Source: Chloroflexota bacterium (lineage in GTDB: Bacteria; Chloroflexota; Dehalococcoidia; Lucifugimonadales; UBA2985). Taken from it: a DNA stretch of 64,000 nt. Positions 21,955 through 30,935 of the stretch are shown piece after piece. The DNA lies in assembly GCA_027622595.1 (NCBI GenBank), contig JAQBZZ010000002.1:31663-95662 (forward strand), read 5' to 3'. A program made the position numbers and the translations under genes. The stretch's first letter is position 1. Every line of letters starts with the position of its first letter. The notes beneath the pieces were generated by a model that did no database searches, was not told the origin of the DNA, and saw nothing but the letters and a program-made list of their open reading frames with translations.

Positions 21955-22576
21955 GCTTCAACACAATGCCTTCCAGCATGTTGGCCGCATCCTCGCAGAA
22001 GTCCGTGGCCTGTTCAAGCAGGTTGTAGACTTCCTTCCACTTGAGTACGTAGATCGGGGAAACATCGCTGTTGAAAAGCCCCGCCATTGCCCTGCTGACC
22101 ACCTGGTCCGCCTCGTTCTCAAGGGTGTTGATATCTGTAGCCAGGGGGAGAATCGCCTCCAGCTTGGCCCCTCTGAAGTGCAACAGTCCGATAGCTTGCT
22201 CAATGGTTTCAGAGCAGCGCAGGAGGATGCGGGCAAGCTCCTTGGCTTCCTCCGTGGTATCCTCGATCCGATACTCCACCATGATGCGTGCAGCCTCTTC
22301 TATGCTGTCCACTATATCGTCCATACGCTCTCCCAGCGTGGCGATGTCCTCTCTGTCCAGGGGAGTGACGAAGGTCTTGTGGAGGCTGGTCATAATCGTG
22401 TGAATAATGGTGTCCCCCACCTCCTCCAGGCGTTTGATCTCGGCCACCTTTTCCGGGACGTTTTCGTAGTTCTCCATCAGGTCAAGCAGCTTCGTTGCCG
22501 TTGCCCTGAGGTTGGCCGCGCTCTGTTGAAAGAAGAAGAAGAATTTCTCTTCACGGGGCAGGAATGATAGCCTCAT
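21947..22576 (-). CDS. DUF47 (PhoU-like) phosphate-transport accessory protein
   Basis: 209 aa helical protein. It overlaps the PiT gene by 8 nt, the usual DUF47-PiT pairing. Confidence 0.8.
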   Translation of the reverse strand: MRLSFLPREEKFFFFFQQSAANLRATATKLLDLMENYENVPEKVAEIKRLEEVGDTIIHTIMTSLHKTFVTPLDREDIATLGERMDDIVDSIEEAARIMVEYRIEDTTEEAKELARILLRCSETIEQAIGLLHFRGAKLEAILPLATDINTLENEADQVVSRAMAGLFNSDVSPIYVLKWKEVYNLLEQATDFCEDAANMLEGIVLKHA

Positions 22577-22608
22577 TATATTCTCCGGTATTCCGTATTT
22601 GTGGCACT

Positions 22609-22639
22609 AAAAAAGCCATCTCATCGTGAGAGGGCTTTT
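22609..22639 (-). terminator. orphan terminator-like hairpin in the leader of the DUF47-pit operon
   Basis: AAAAAA-GCCATCTCA-TCG-TGAGAGGGC-TTTT is a 10-bp stem with one mismatch. On the minus strand it is followed by T6 and lies 33 nt upstream of the DUF47 start. Confidence 0.4.
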
Positions 22640-22893
22640 CAACCGATAGTTTTACCAGTGGAGTAGTGACCATAGTTGCCTGCAGGTGGGTATCCTTCAG
22701 CATTGATTATGCAAACCATAAACATCTGGAATCGGAATTTTCCCGATTCTCCCCCATTATGTAAGATTCGTGAAAATAGTAACGCTGTATAATCCAGGTT
22801 GTCAAGGCTCACCGACATCGTTTTTGCCTTCGTCCTTGTGGTTTGTCTTCGTGAGATTCTATAATACCTGCAGTTTGCTACGGAGATACATCC

Positions 22894-25365
22894 ATGTCCA
22901 TGAACACCCCTGAACAGAGATACAGTCCCCAGGAGCTAGACCGCAAGTGGCAGGAGCGTTGGGACAGCGACAAGCTGTACCAGGTGAGGGACGACGACCC
23001 TCGCCCCCAGTGGTATGAGCTTACCATGTTCCCCTACACTTCCGGGAACCTCCACATAGGTCACTGGTACACTATGGCACCCGCGGACGCCCATTCCCGC
23101 TTCCGCCGCATGCAGGGGTATAACGTCCTCCACCCGATGGGCTTTGATTCCTTTGGACTCCCTGCCGAGAACGCGGCCATCAAGCAGGGCATCCATCCTC
23201 ATAAGTGGACCATGGACAACATCGAGAACATGCGCCGCCAGCTCAAGTCCATGGGGTCGGTCTATGACTGGGACAGGGAGATAATCTGCGCCCTGCCCGA
23301 ATACTACCGTTGGACACAGTGGCTCTTCCTCCAGTTCTACAAGGCCGGGCTGGCCTACCGCGCCAAGGCCCCCGCCAACTGGTGCCCGACCTGCCAGACG
23401 GTGCTTGCCAACGAGCAGGTCGTCGATGGCAAGTGCGAGCGGTGCGACTCGCCTGTGTCTCGCCGCGACCTGGAGCAGTGGTTCTTCCGCATAACGAAGT
23501 ACGCCGACGAGCTTCTGGACTACTCCGGCCTCCTTGACTGGCCCGAGCGGATCAAGGCCATGCAGACCAACTGGATAGGCCGCAGCGTTGGCATTGAGAT
23601 AGGTTTCGACATATCCGGGTACGGGCTGGAGGAGAAGGAGATACGCACCTTCACCACCCGCATCGACACCATCTACGGCGTCACCTTCATGGTGCTGGCT
23701 CCTGAGCACCCACTTGTGGCGAAGCTGACCACCCCAGACCGCCGCGCCGAGGTCGAGGCGTACGTTGAGCAGGCCCGCCGCCAATCGGAGGTGGAGCGCT
23801 TATCCACCGAGCATGAGAAGACGGGGGTATTCATCGGCTCATACGCCACCAACCGCCTCAACGGCGACCGCGTGCCCCTCTACATCGCCGATTACGCCCT
23901 GCTGAGCTACGGCACGGGCATCGTCATGGGCGTGCCTGCCCACGACCAGCGCGACTTCGAGTTCGCGCAGAAGTACGACCTGCCAATACGAGTGGTCATC
24001 GCACCGTCCGGCTGGGACGGCGAGGAGTTGCAGGAGGCCCTCGTGAATGAGGGGACACAGGTCAACTCCGGCAGCTTCGACGGGCTGCCGTCGAGCCAGG
24101 GCAAGGAGCGTATCGCCGATCACGTCGAAGGACAGGGATGGGGACACCGCACCGTATCCTACAGGCTGCGGGACTGGCTCATATCCCGCCAGCGCTACTG
24201 GGGCACACCCATACCCATCGTTTACTGCGACCGTTGCGGCACCGTGCCCATCACAGAGGAGGAACTGCCCATTTTACTGCCTGAGGACGCACAGTTCAGG
24301 CCAACGGGTGAGTCGCCCCTGAAGTACCACAAGGGCTTCCTGAACACCACCTGCCCCAACTGCCACGGCGATGCCCAGCGTGAGACGGACACAATGGATA
24401 CCTTTGTGGACTCCTCCTGGTACCACCTGCGCTACACCAGCCCTTACTACCAAAACGGCCCCGTCGATCCCGAGGCCGCGAAGCAATGGCTACCCGTGAA
24501 CCAGTACACCGGCGGCGCAGAGCACGCCGTGATGCACCTGCTATACGCCCGCTTCTTCAACAAGGCACTGCGAGACCTTGGCGTGGTGAACTACGACGAG
24601 CCATACCTGCGCCTCTTCAACCAGGGAACCATCATTGCCGACCACCAGAAGATGAGCAAGTCGAGGGGCAACGTCGTCACTCCAGACCCCTATGTGAATG
24701 AACTGGGAGCCGATGTGGTACGCACCTATCTCATGTTTCTTGGCCCCTGGGACCAGGGCGGCGAGTGGTCCGACTCCGGCATCAACGGCATGGCCCGCTG
24801 GCTCAACCGCGTGTGGGATATTTCGCAAAGGGACGTGTCCGGGCTACGCAAGCAGCCGGACCACTCGCAAGAGACCGATCGCGGCTTGCGGCGTATGACT
24901 CACAAGACCATTCGCCGTGTGGAAGCCGACCTTGAGCGTTTCAAGTTCAACACAGCTCTGGCGGCCATGATGGAGCTGACCAACCACATGAGCAGGGCAT
25001 GGGACGAGGGCGGAGTCGCCGCCGACACCTGGCAGGACACCATCGAGAAGCTGTTGCTGCTCATTGCCCCGATTGCCCCCCACATCACGGAGGAGCTTTG
25101 GGAGCGGACAGGCCACGCCTACAGCATCCACAGCCAGCTGATGCCCAAGTGGGACGAGGAACTGGCCCGGGACGAGGAGGTGACACTGGTTGTGCAGGTC
25201 AACGGCCGAGTTCGTGACCGCATCCAGGTTGCCGCGGACATCGGCGAGGAGGAGGCGAAACGTCTGGCGATGGAGAGTCGCACGGTGCAGCCACACCTGG
25301 AGGGCAAGCAGGTGCGCCAGATTGTTTATGTCCCCGGCCGTCTCGTCAACGTTGTTGTGGGGTAG
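22894..25365 (+). CDS. leuS: leucine--tRNA ligase
   Basis: 823 aa with SGNLHIGHWY (HIGH) and KMSKS. Confidence 0.95.
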   Translation: MSMNTPEQRYSPQELDRKWQERWDSDKLYQVRDDDPRPQWYELTMFPYTSGNLHIGHWYTMAPADAHSRFRRMQGYNVLHPMGFDSFGLPAENAAIKQGIHPHKWTMDNIENMRRQLKSMGSVYDWDREIICALPEYYRWTQWLFLQFYKAGLAYRAKAPANWCPTCQTVLANEQVVDGKCERCDSPVSRRDLEQWFFRITKYADELLDYSGLLDWPERIKAMQTNWIGRSVGIEIGFDISGYGLEEKEIRTFTTRIDTIYGVTFMVLAPEHPLVAKLTTPDRRAEVEAYVEQARRQSEVERLSTEHEKTGVFIGSYATNRLNGDRVPLYIADYALLSYGTGIVMGVPAHDQRDFEFAQKYDLPIRVVIAPSGWDGEELQEALVNEGTQVNSGSFDGLPSSQGKERIADHVEGQGWGHRTVSYRLRDWLISRQRYWGTPIPIVYCDRCGTVPITEEELPILLPEDAQFRPTGESPLKYHKGFLNTTCPNCHGDAQRETDTMDTFVDSSWYHLRYTSPYYQNGPVDPEAAKQWLPVNQYTGGAEHAVMHLLYARFFNKALRDLGVVNYDEPYLRLFNQGTIIADHQKMSKSRGNVVTPDPYVNELGADVVRTYLMFLGPWDQGGEWSDSGINGMARWLNRVWDISQRDVSGLRKQPDHSQETDRGLRRMTHKTIRRVEADLERFKFNTALAAMMELTNHMSRAWDEGGVAADTWQDTIEKLLLLIAPIAPHITEELWERTGHAYSIHSQLMPKWDEELARDEEVTLVVQVNGRVRDRIQVAADIGEEEAKRLAMESRTVQPHLEGKQVRQIVYVPGRLVNVVVG

Positions 25366-25394
25366 GGGGTTGAAGAATTCCTTGGAGGATTGAA

Positions 25395-26189
25395 ATGTCT
25401 ACTCCTGAACTCGTTCTTGAGTACGTGAAAACCCTGGCTTGGCCTGTTGTAGTCTCTTTTGTACTCATCCTGTTCCATTCACAACTATCAGACCTCATCC
25501 AACGCGTGACAAGAATAAAATTGCCAGGTGGGGGAGAACTGGATGCCGAAATAAAGAACGTGACCGAGAAAGTAGGGGAGCAGGCTCCTGTATCCTCACC
25601 TAGTTACACACAGCAAGAATTTGGAGCCTCTATCCTTGAGCGAGTTGAACATGACCCCACACTTGCCTTAGCCGAACTACGTATGCAGTTAGAGCAAGTG
25701 CTCAGAGCCATGCATTCAGTGGGGGTTGACAGTTCTTCTCCCAAGAGGCCAACTAGCTTAACCACGCTAATTCGTGACCTCCAACATTCTGGCGATATGC
25801 CTGCTAAACTTGCGGAACCTCTTCGAGATGTCATTGCTATAGCTAACAGAGCTGTCCACGGCGAACGTGTGAGCCAAGATGCAGCAGAGGAATTAGTAAA
25901 CGTCGGGGTCAGATTGCTTGAAGAACTGAGGACGATTTATGGGGGAATGGTATCCAACCCTGTGGATTCTTTCGTGATATCAGATAGCGCCCGTGATGAC
26001 TTCATGAACAAAACTCGCTATACAGTGACTACGATTGTACCAGTTGTCAAAGAACCGTATATGAATATCCGTATCTTAGACCAGGATGGATTAGACGAGC
26101 TTCTTGATGGCTATGGTGAATACGCGGAATTCTTGGTAGCCATTGAACCTATCGATACTACTTTACCTAGGAAGGATACCAAAGAATAA
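25395..26189 (+). CDS. hypothetical protein: N-terminal membrane helix plus a DUF4145-like helical domain
   Basis: 264 aa. TM helix LAWPVVVSFVLILF. The central LALAELRMQLEQVLRAMH...LTTLIRDLQHSGDMPAKLAEPLRDVIAIANRAVHGERVSQDAAEELV resembles DUF4145. The sequence is visibly more AT-rich than leuS. Confidence 0.5.
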   Translation: MSTPELVLEYVKTLAWPVVVSFVLILFHSQLSDLIQRVTRIKLPGGGELDAEIKNVTEKVGEQAPVSSPSYTQQEFGASILERVEHDPTLALAELRMQLEQVLRAMHSVGVDSSSPKRPTSLTTLIRDLQHSGDMPAKLAEPLRDVIAIANRAVHGERVSQDAAEELVNVGVRLLEELRTIYGGMVSNPVDSFVISDSARDDFMNKTRYTVTTIVPVVKEPYMNIRILDQDGLDELLDGYGEYAEFLVAIEPIDTTLPRKDTKE

Positions 26190-26289
26190 CAGCAATTACC
26201 CCATCCGCTGTGACATCACTGTATTTGCTACAGGTTAGCACAGCTCACCCTGAATCTGTCACAAAGTAAGCCGACCAAGAAGTAAACAC

Positions 26290-26712
26290 ATGACCAACAA
26301 TTCACAAAAAATCCTCTTTGTGTGCGTCCACAACTCCGGACGCAGCCAGATGGCCGAGGCATTCTTCAACCACATTGCCCAGGGCAGGGCCGTCGCTTAC
26401 TCGGCCGGCACCTAACCAGGCGATCAGGTCAACCCAACCGTCGTCCTTGCGATGGCAGAACTTGGCATGGACCTTTCCACAAAACAGCCTGCACTACTCA
26501 CACAAGATATGCTGGACTCCGCCGAGCGGGTCATCACCATGGGGTGCAACGTGGAGGATGCGTGCCCCGCCAACATGGTGGTGACGGAGGACTGGGGCCT
26601 GGAAGACCCAAAAGACAAACCGATCGAGAAGGTCAGGGAGATTCGTATCGAAGTCAAACGCAGGGTGGAGGCGCTGATAGAGGAGATGGAGTTTTTTGTA
26701 AAGGCCCACTAA
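26290..26712 (+). pseudogene. arsC: LMW-PTP-type arsenate reductase with an in-frame TAA at codon 42
   Basis: From the ATG at 26290: [62 protein letters not shown]... The CX5R(S) P-loop is present. The TAA at 26413-26415 is in frame with ORF 26452..26712. Confidence 0.75.
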
Positions 26713-26768
26713 TGGGGTTCCACTCGCTGATGTGGTTCGACGGGCTCACCATGAGCGGGAGAAACACC

Positions 26769-26853
26769 TGTAATTCTGAATGAAATGAAGAATCTAAAGC
26801 CTGTTTCTTGCACTAACATACGCCTTAGATGCTTCGCTTCGCTCAGCATGACA
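26769..26853. repeat. inverted-terminus repeat element (TGTCAYNCTGAG family)
   Basis: TGTAATTCTGAATGAAATGAAGAATCTAAAG ... CTTAGATGCTTCGCTTCGCTCAGCATGACA. The arms are imperfect reverse complements. Confidence 0.7.
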
Positions 26854-26913
26854 TTCCCATTCTGCTCACCCTGAGCACGTCGAAGGAAGTGAGCGGGCGT
26901 TCTAAGGCATTCC

Positions 26914-26943
26914 CGTAGGGGCGATTCATGAATCGCCCCTACG
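26914..26943. repeat. perfect 30-bp palindrome (REP-like); possible terminator hairpin of the GT2 gene
   Basis: CGTAGGGGCGATTCA|TGAATCGCCCCTACG, 8 nt downstream of the minus-strand stop at 26951. Confidence 0.85.
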
Positions 26944-26950
26944 TTCCTCT

Positions 26951-27688
26951 CTAAACCTCGTTGGACTTCAGTGCCTTCGACAGCCCGCCCAGCCGCAGCC
27001 GCAGCAGCCCCTTCAGGTCGTCCGTGGCGGTCTTGACGACGTGGACACGACTGTCAGGGTCGTCCACCCACTCCACAGGCACGTCCTTGATGCGGAAGCC
27101 GCCCTTCTCAGCCAGTATCAGCAACTCGGAGTCGAAGAACCATCCCTGGTCCTGTATCTTGGGAACCAGAAACTGGGCCGCGTTACGACTGATGGCCTTG
27201 AACCCGCACTGGGCATCGGAGAAACGGGTGAAGAAGGTGGCCTTGATTATCAGGTTGTAGCACCGAGAGGTGACCTCCCTTTTCAAAGTACGTTTCTTCA
27301 CCACAGAACCCTTCATGAGTCGAGAGCCTGTCGCCAGATCGTAGCCCTCCTCCTCAATGGCGCGCACCAGCGGAGGGAAGGCGTCCAGTCCCGTGGAGAG
27401 GTCAACGTCCATGTAGGTGAGGATATCGGCGTCGCTCTCCAGCCACGTCTTACGCAGCGCCCTGCCTCTCCCCCTGATCTCCAGCCGCGTCCAACTCACC
27501 TCCGGGTATTTTTGAGAAAGGCTTTCGGCGATAGCAGGGGTCTGGTCGGTGGAGCCGTTGTCGGCGATGACGATACGAAACTGGTAGGGCGCATGGTCGC
27601 TCAGGAACTGATGGAGTGTGGCCACTGACTCCGGCAGGGCCTTCTCTTCGTTGAGGACGGGAATGACTACGTCTACGACTGGAGGCAT
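26951..27688 (-). CDS. family 2 glycosyltransferase (polyprenyl-phosphate sugar synthase-like)
   Basis: 245 aa with VIPVLNEE, ADNGSTD and YMDVDLS (DxD). Confidence 0.85.
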   Translation of the reverse strand: MPPVVDVVIPVLNEEKALPESVATLHQFLSDHAPYQFRIVIADNGSTDQTPAIAESLSQKYPEVSWTRLEIRGRGRALRKTWLESDADILTYMDVDLSTGLDAFPPLVRAIEEEGYDLATGSRLMKGSVVKKRTLKREVTSRCYNLIIKATFFTRFSDAQCGFKAISRNAAQFLVPKIQDQGWFFDSELLILAEKGGFRIKDVPVEWVDDPDSRVHVVKTATDDLKGLLRLRLGGLSKALKSNEV

Positions 27689-27696
27689 GACTGGCC

Positions 27697-29217
27697 TTAG
27701 TGCCGGAAGTGCCGCACGTCAGTGAATACCATCGCCAAGCCTAGGCGATTAGCTGCCTCGATGACTTCCCCGTCTCTAATGGAACCGCCGGGATGCACCA
27801 CGGCGGTAACGCCGCCCTCCGCTCCGACCTCCAGACCATCGGCGAAGGGGAAGAAGGCATCCGAGGCCAGTACCGCGCCCTTGGAAGCCTGACCTGCGGC
27901 CTTGAGAGACAGTTGGACGCTTATAATCCGGTTGGGCTGCCCTGCCCCCATGCCCAATAACGTCTGGCCTTTGGCAATTACTATGGCGTTGGACTTAACG
28001 TGTTTGACGGCCCTCCAAGCGAAGGCCAGGTCAAGAAGCTCTTCTTTGGTGGGCTTGCGGTCCGTGACCACCTGCCAGCCCTGTGGGTCCTCTTCCAGGA
28101 TGTCCGGGGTCTGCATAAGCACACCACCAGCGACCTGACGCACCTCCCATCCCTTCTCACCCTGCGGCTGCGACTCACCGACGGCCAGAATACGCAGGTC
28201 TCGCTTTTTCATCAGAATATCCAGGGCGGCCTGCTCGAAAGCAGGCGCAACGACGATCTCATAAAAGACCTGGCGCATGGCTTCCGCAGCTTCCCCAGTC
28301 ACCGTACGATTGAAGGCCACGATGCCTCCATAGGCGGATACGGGGTCTCCGGAGAAGGCACGCCTGTATGCCTCAGCCTGGTCTTCGTGACAGGCCAGTC
28401 CGCAGGTGTTGGTGTGTTTTATGACTGCGACCGCGGGCTCCTTGAAGTCCGACACCGCTCGCCAGGCAGCATCGGCGTCCAGGATGTTGTTGAAGGACAG
28501 TTCTTTGCCGTGAAGCTGCTTTGCCCCGGCAATGCCAGCGGGAGACGGGTCGCCGTAGAAGGCTGCCTGCTGGTGAGGGTTCTCGCCATAGCGCAGGTCG
28601 TATAATTTTCTGTATCCCAGGGTCAGTTCCTGGCCAAGATCGCCGTCCTGGCCCCGCAGGTACTGGGCGACGATAGTATCGTAGAGGGCAACGTGCTGAA
28701 ACGCCTTTTGGGCCAGCCCACGCCTCTCTTCGATGGTGAGTCCGTCCTCAACCATGCGTTCGGCCACCCAGGGATAGTCGTCCGGGTCCACCACGACGAC
28801 GACGAATGGGAAGTTCTTAGCCGCCGCCCTGATCATGGTGGGGCCGCCTATGTCTATGTTCTCCAGGGCGTCGTCCAGAGTTACCCCGGGCCTGGCTATG
28901 GTGGCTGCAAAGGGATAGAGGTTCACCGCCACCAGGTCTATTGTGTCCATCTGAAGCGTCGCCAACTCGGACATGTGCTCCGGATTGTCCCGCCGCGCCA
29001 GTATCCCGCCGTGGATGATGGGGTGCAGGGTTTTCACACGGCCATCCAGAATCTCCGGAGAGCCGGTGATTTCTGAGACCTGCCGAACTGGCAAGCCTGC
29101 TTCGCTGAGGGTCTTGTGGGTGCCCCCTGTGCTGACCAGTTCTATGCCGGTCTTTTGCAGATCACGGGCGAACTCCACAACGCCCGTCTTATCGTATACG
29201 CTGATTAAGGCTTTCAT
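27697..29217 (-). CDS. purH: bifunctional AICAR formyltransferase / IMP cyclohydrolase
   Basis: 506 aa. [18 protein letters not shown]-terminus (MGS-like) and a C-terminal AICARFT domain ending ...[10 protein letters not shown]. Confidence 0.95.
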   Translation of the reverse strand: MKALISVYDKTGVVEFARDLQKTGIELVSTGGTHKTLSEAGLPVRQVSEITGSPEILDGRVKTLHPIIHGGILARRDNPEHMSELATLQMDTIDLVAVNLYPFAATIARPGVTLDDALENIDIGGPTMIRAAAKNFPFVVVVVDPDDYPWVAERMVEDGLTIEERRGLAQKAFQHVALYDTIVAQYLRGQDGDLGQELTLGYRKLYDLRYGENPHQQAAFYGDPSPAGIAGAKQLHGKELSFNNILDADAAWRAVSDFKEPAVAVIKHTNTCGLACHEDQAEAYRRAFSGDPVSAYGGIVAFNRTVTGEAAEAMRQVFYEIVVAPAFEQAALDILMKKRDLRILAVGESQPQGEKGWEVRQVAGGVLMQTPDILEEDPQGWQVVTDRKPTKEELLDLAFAWRAVKHVKSNAIVIAKGQTLLGMGAGQPNRIISVQLSLKAAGQASKGAVLASDAFFPFADGLEVGAEGGVTAVVHPGGSIRDGEVIEAANRLGLAMVFTDVRHFRH

Positions 29218-29244
29218 CGATTACCTCGATAAATAGTAATAATC

Positions 29245-29601
29245 CTAACGAATTCTCTCGATTCGTCTCAAAACGTGGTTCGCGAAACCTTCAGCCATCG
29301 TCCAATTATCATTCCAATTTGAGCGTAGGGGGTCTCTCACGTTTAGGTCATAGTCAGCAATGCCACGCAGCTCTTCCAGCTTATCAAGTTGGTTCCCAGC
29401 TGCACTGTCCGCTCGTTTTAATGCGCTAATCACCTTTCGATGTATACGATGCCGACCACCTACTCCTAAGCGTTCTCTGGCGCGCAAAAACGTGGCGTAG
29501 TAAGCTCTCCCCACTGCTGTACGTAAAGCTGCTTCTGAATTAAGGTGGTCTGTTGCCACTCTTTCAGCAATAGCTAGGAAATCTCGGGGATCAAGCGGCA
29601 T
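29245..29601 (-). CDS. HEPN domain protein (cassette ORF D)
   Basis: 118 aa. AVGRAYYATFLRARERL ... RIHRKVISAL ... LRGIADYDL matches the HEPN pattern S-R-A-Y-Y-A-x-F-h-a-A ... (S/I)H-R-G/K-V-I ... R-x-x-A-D-Y as I remember it. Confidence 0.6.
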   Translation of the reverse strand: MPLDPRDFLAIAERVATDHLNSEAALRTAVGRAYYATFLRARERLGVGGRHRIHRKVISALKRADSAAGNQLDKLEELRGIADYDLNVRDPLRSNWNDNWTMAEGFANHVLRRIERIR

Positions 29602-29605
29602 TTAG

Positions 29606-30214
29606 CTATTCCCATTCCACAAAGACAGCCATCTGCTCGTCTAACAATTGCTGAGGCCCTGCAGCCAATGTAGGTCTACATCTATCAATAGCACTGCCAA
29701 TAGCATCCCAAAATGCAAAGGCTTGGCCACTATTACCTTTAACATGCACCCTAAATACAATTTCAATCCAATCCTCTTCAAAGCTCCTCTTCAACCCAAC
29801 CACGACCCTTTGCACAGGCATCCAACACCTAGCCGATTCCACCTCTATAATGGCAAAAATCACCCTGGTCAGTCTCTCCATATCTCCGGTCAAATATGAG
29901 CGGGCTTCGCGAGCTATGGTGGGGCGTATTGGGCGTGTTGCAGGCGACTGAACATGTATGGGCACGGTATCAACATTAGAAGCTACCGGCGCCTGTAGTG
30001 AAGCGTCAATCTCAGAAGTCAAGGTCTGTAAGCTACCAAGCCCTTCCGCCACTTGCCTCTCTAAAACGTATTCCGATCTTAAATCGCGGGGAGTTTGGTT
30101 TGTAGCAGATAGAGGTTCTCCCCTCTCTTCAGGAGGCGTCTCCTTAGAAGGCCAAACCAAGTGTGAGTTGGTATTGACATCACCCTCAACTTGTAGCAGA
30201 GATCCCGTTGTCAC
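29606..30214 (-). CDS. hypothetical protein (cassette ORF C)
   Basis: 202 aa with a GTG start in a GTGA overlap with ORF B. The N-terminal half is S/T/P-rich and low-complexity. The C-terminal roughly 100 aa look globular (ERLTRVIFAIIEVESARCWMPVQRVVVGLKRSFEEDWIEIVFRVHVKG...). No family recognised. Confidence 0.5.
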   Translation of the reverse strand: MTTGSLLQVEGDVNTNSHLVWPSKETPPEERGEPLSATNQTPRDLRSEYVLERQVAEGLGSLQTLTSEIDASLQAPVASNVDTVPIHVQSPATRPIRPTIAREARSYLTGDMERLTRVIFAIIEVESARCWMPVQRVVVGLKRSFEEDWIEIVFRVHVKGNSGQAFAFWDAIGSAIDRCRPTLAAGPQQLLDEQMAVFVEWE

Positions 30215-30528
30215 GATTCTCGTTCTACCCTTTGAACAAGGTTCTGGACTAGAGTTAGGATTTTCTCGGTAAAGGCAATTACATTCCCCTTGTCTGGATG
30301 TCTATATATCACCAAACAAAAATAGCAGACATCCGGTGCTCTATTAGAAGGCTCTAGCCTGATATCAAGCCAATCGGTACTCAGGGGAGTTTTACCTGGC
30401 GTGAACAGATGCAAGGAGTATTTGCTGCACGATTGCCCGAGCAATTCTTCAAACGACCTGAAATCAGAGGCTTTAGACCAATAGTCACTTAACACCTTCA
30501 ACGGAGACTTGTCACTCCAGATAAGCAA
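30211..30528 (-). CDS. hypothetical protein (cassette ORF B); may be the C-terminal half of ORF A
   Basis: 105 codons. The only start is a TTG with no Shine-Dalgarno. It is in the same frame as ORF A, 4 codons after that gene's TAA. Confidence 0.35.
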   Translation of the reverse strand: MLIWSDKSPLKVLSDYWSKASDFRSFEELLGQSCSKYSLHLFTPGKTPLSTDWLDIRLEPSNRAPDVCYFCLVIYRHPDKGNVIAFTEKILTLVQNLVQRVERES

Positions 30529-30540
30529 TTGTGTATCTAC

Positions 30541-30900
30541 TTAGTACCCCTGCGCTACTTTCTTGCTATCAAAATGAAGCCTGTCAGAGAGGGCTTGCTC
30601 GATACTGTCTAACTCTTCTATTGCAGAAGAAGGAGCGGCGGCGTCAATGACTAATTGTCGCCTTTCACTATTCAGAACCAAGCCTGTTCTCCCCTTTGCC
30701 GCAATCTGGCCTGTTACCTCGACTCTGCCGCCCAGTCCTGGTTGTCTTGCCACATCCTGCGCCACCGAATAGCCCAACTCCGGCAGAACTTGCCCCAGCT
30801 TCCACTGCTCAAAGGGGAAAAGAACCGTATCCCAAGTCACTGATAGGCGCACCACTTGGTAATCTATAGTCGGTTCGGAGTTTTTTGAACGGTTAGCCAT
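30541..30900 (-). CDS. hypothetical protein (cassette ORF A)
   Basis: I place the start at the inner ATG (30900), preceded by TAAGGAAAAAT, rather than the track start at 30939 that overlaps purM. No family recognised. Confidence 0.45.
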   Translation of the reverse strand: MANRSKNSEPTIDYQVVRLSVTWDTVLFPFEQWKLGQVLPELGYSVAQDVARQPGLGGRVEVTGQIAAKGRTGLVLNSERRQLVIDAAAPSSAIEELDSIEQALSDRLHFDSKKVAQGY

Positions 30901-30935
30901 ATTTTTCCTTAGCGCTGTACAAATAAAATCGCGCT

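Noticed and set aside
22577-22893. T-box leader for leuS
   Set aside because: No T-box core sequence is visible on the plus strand.
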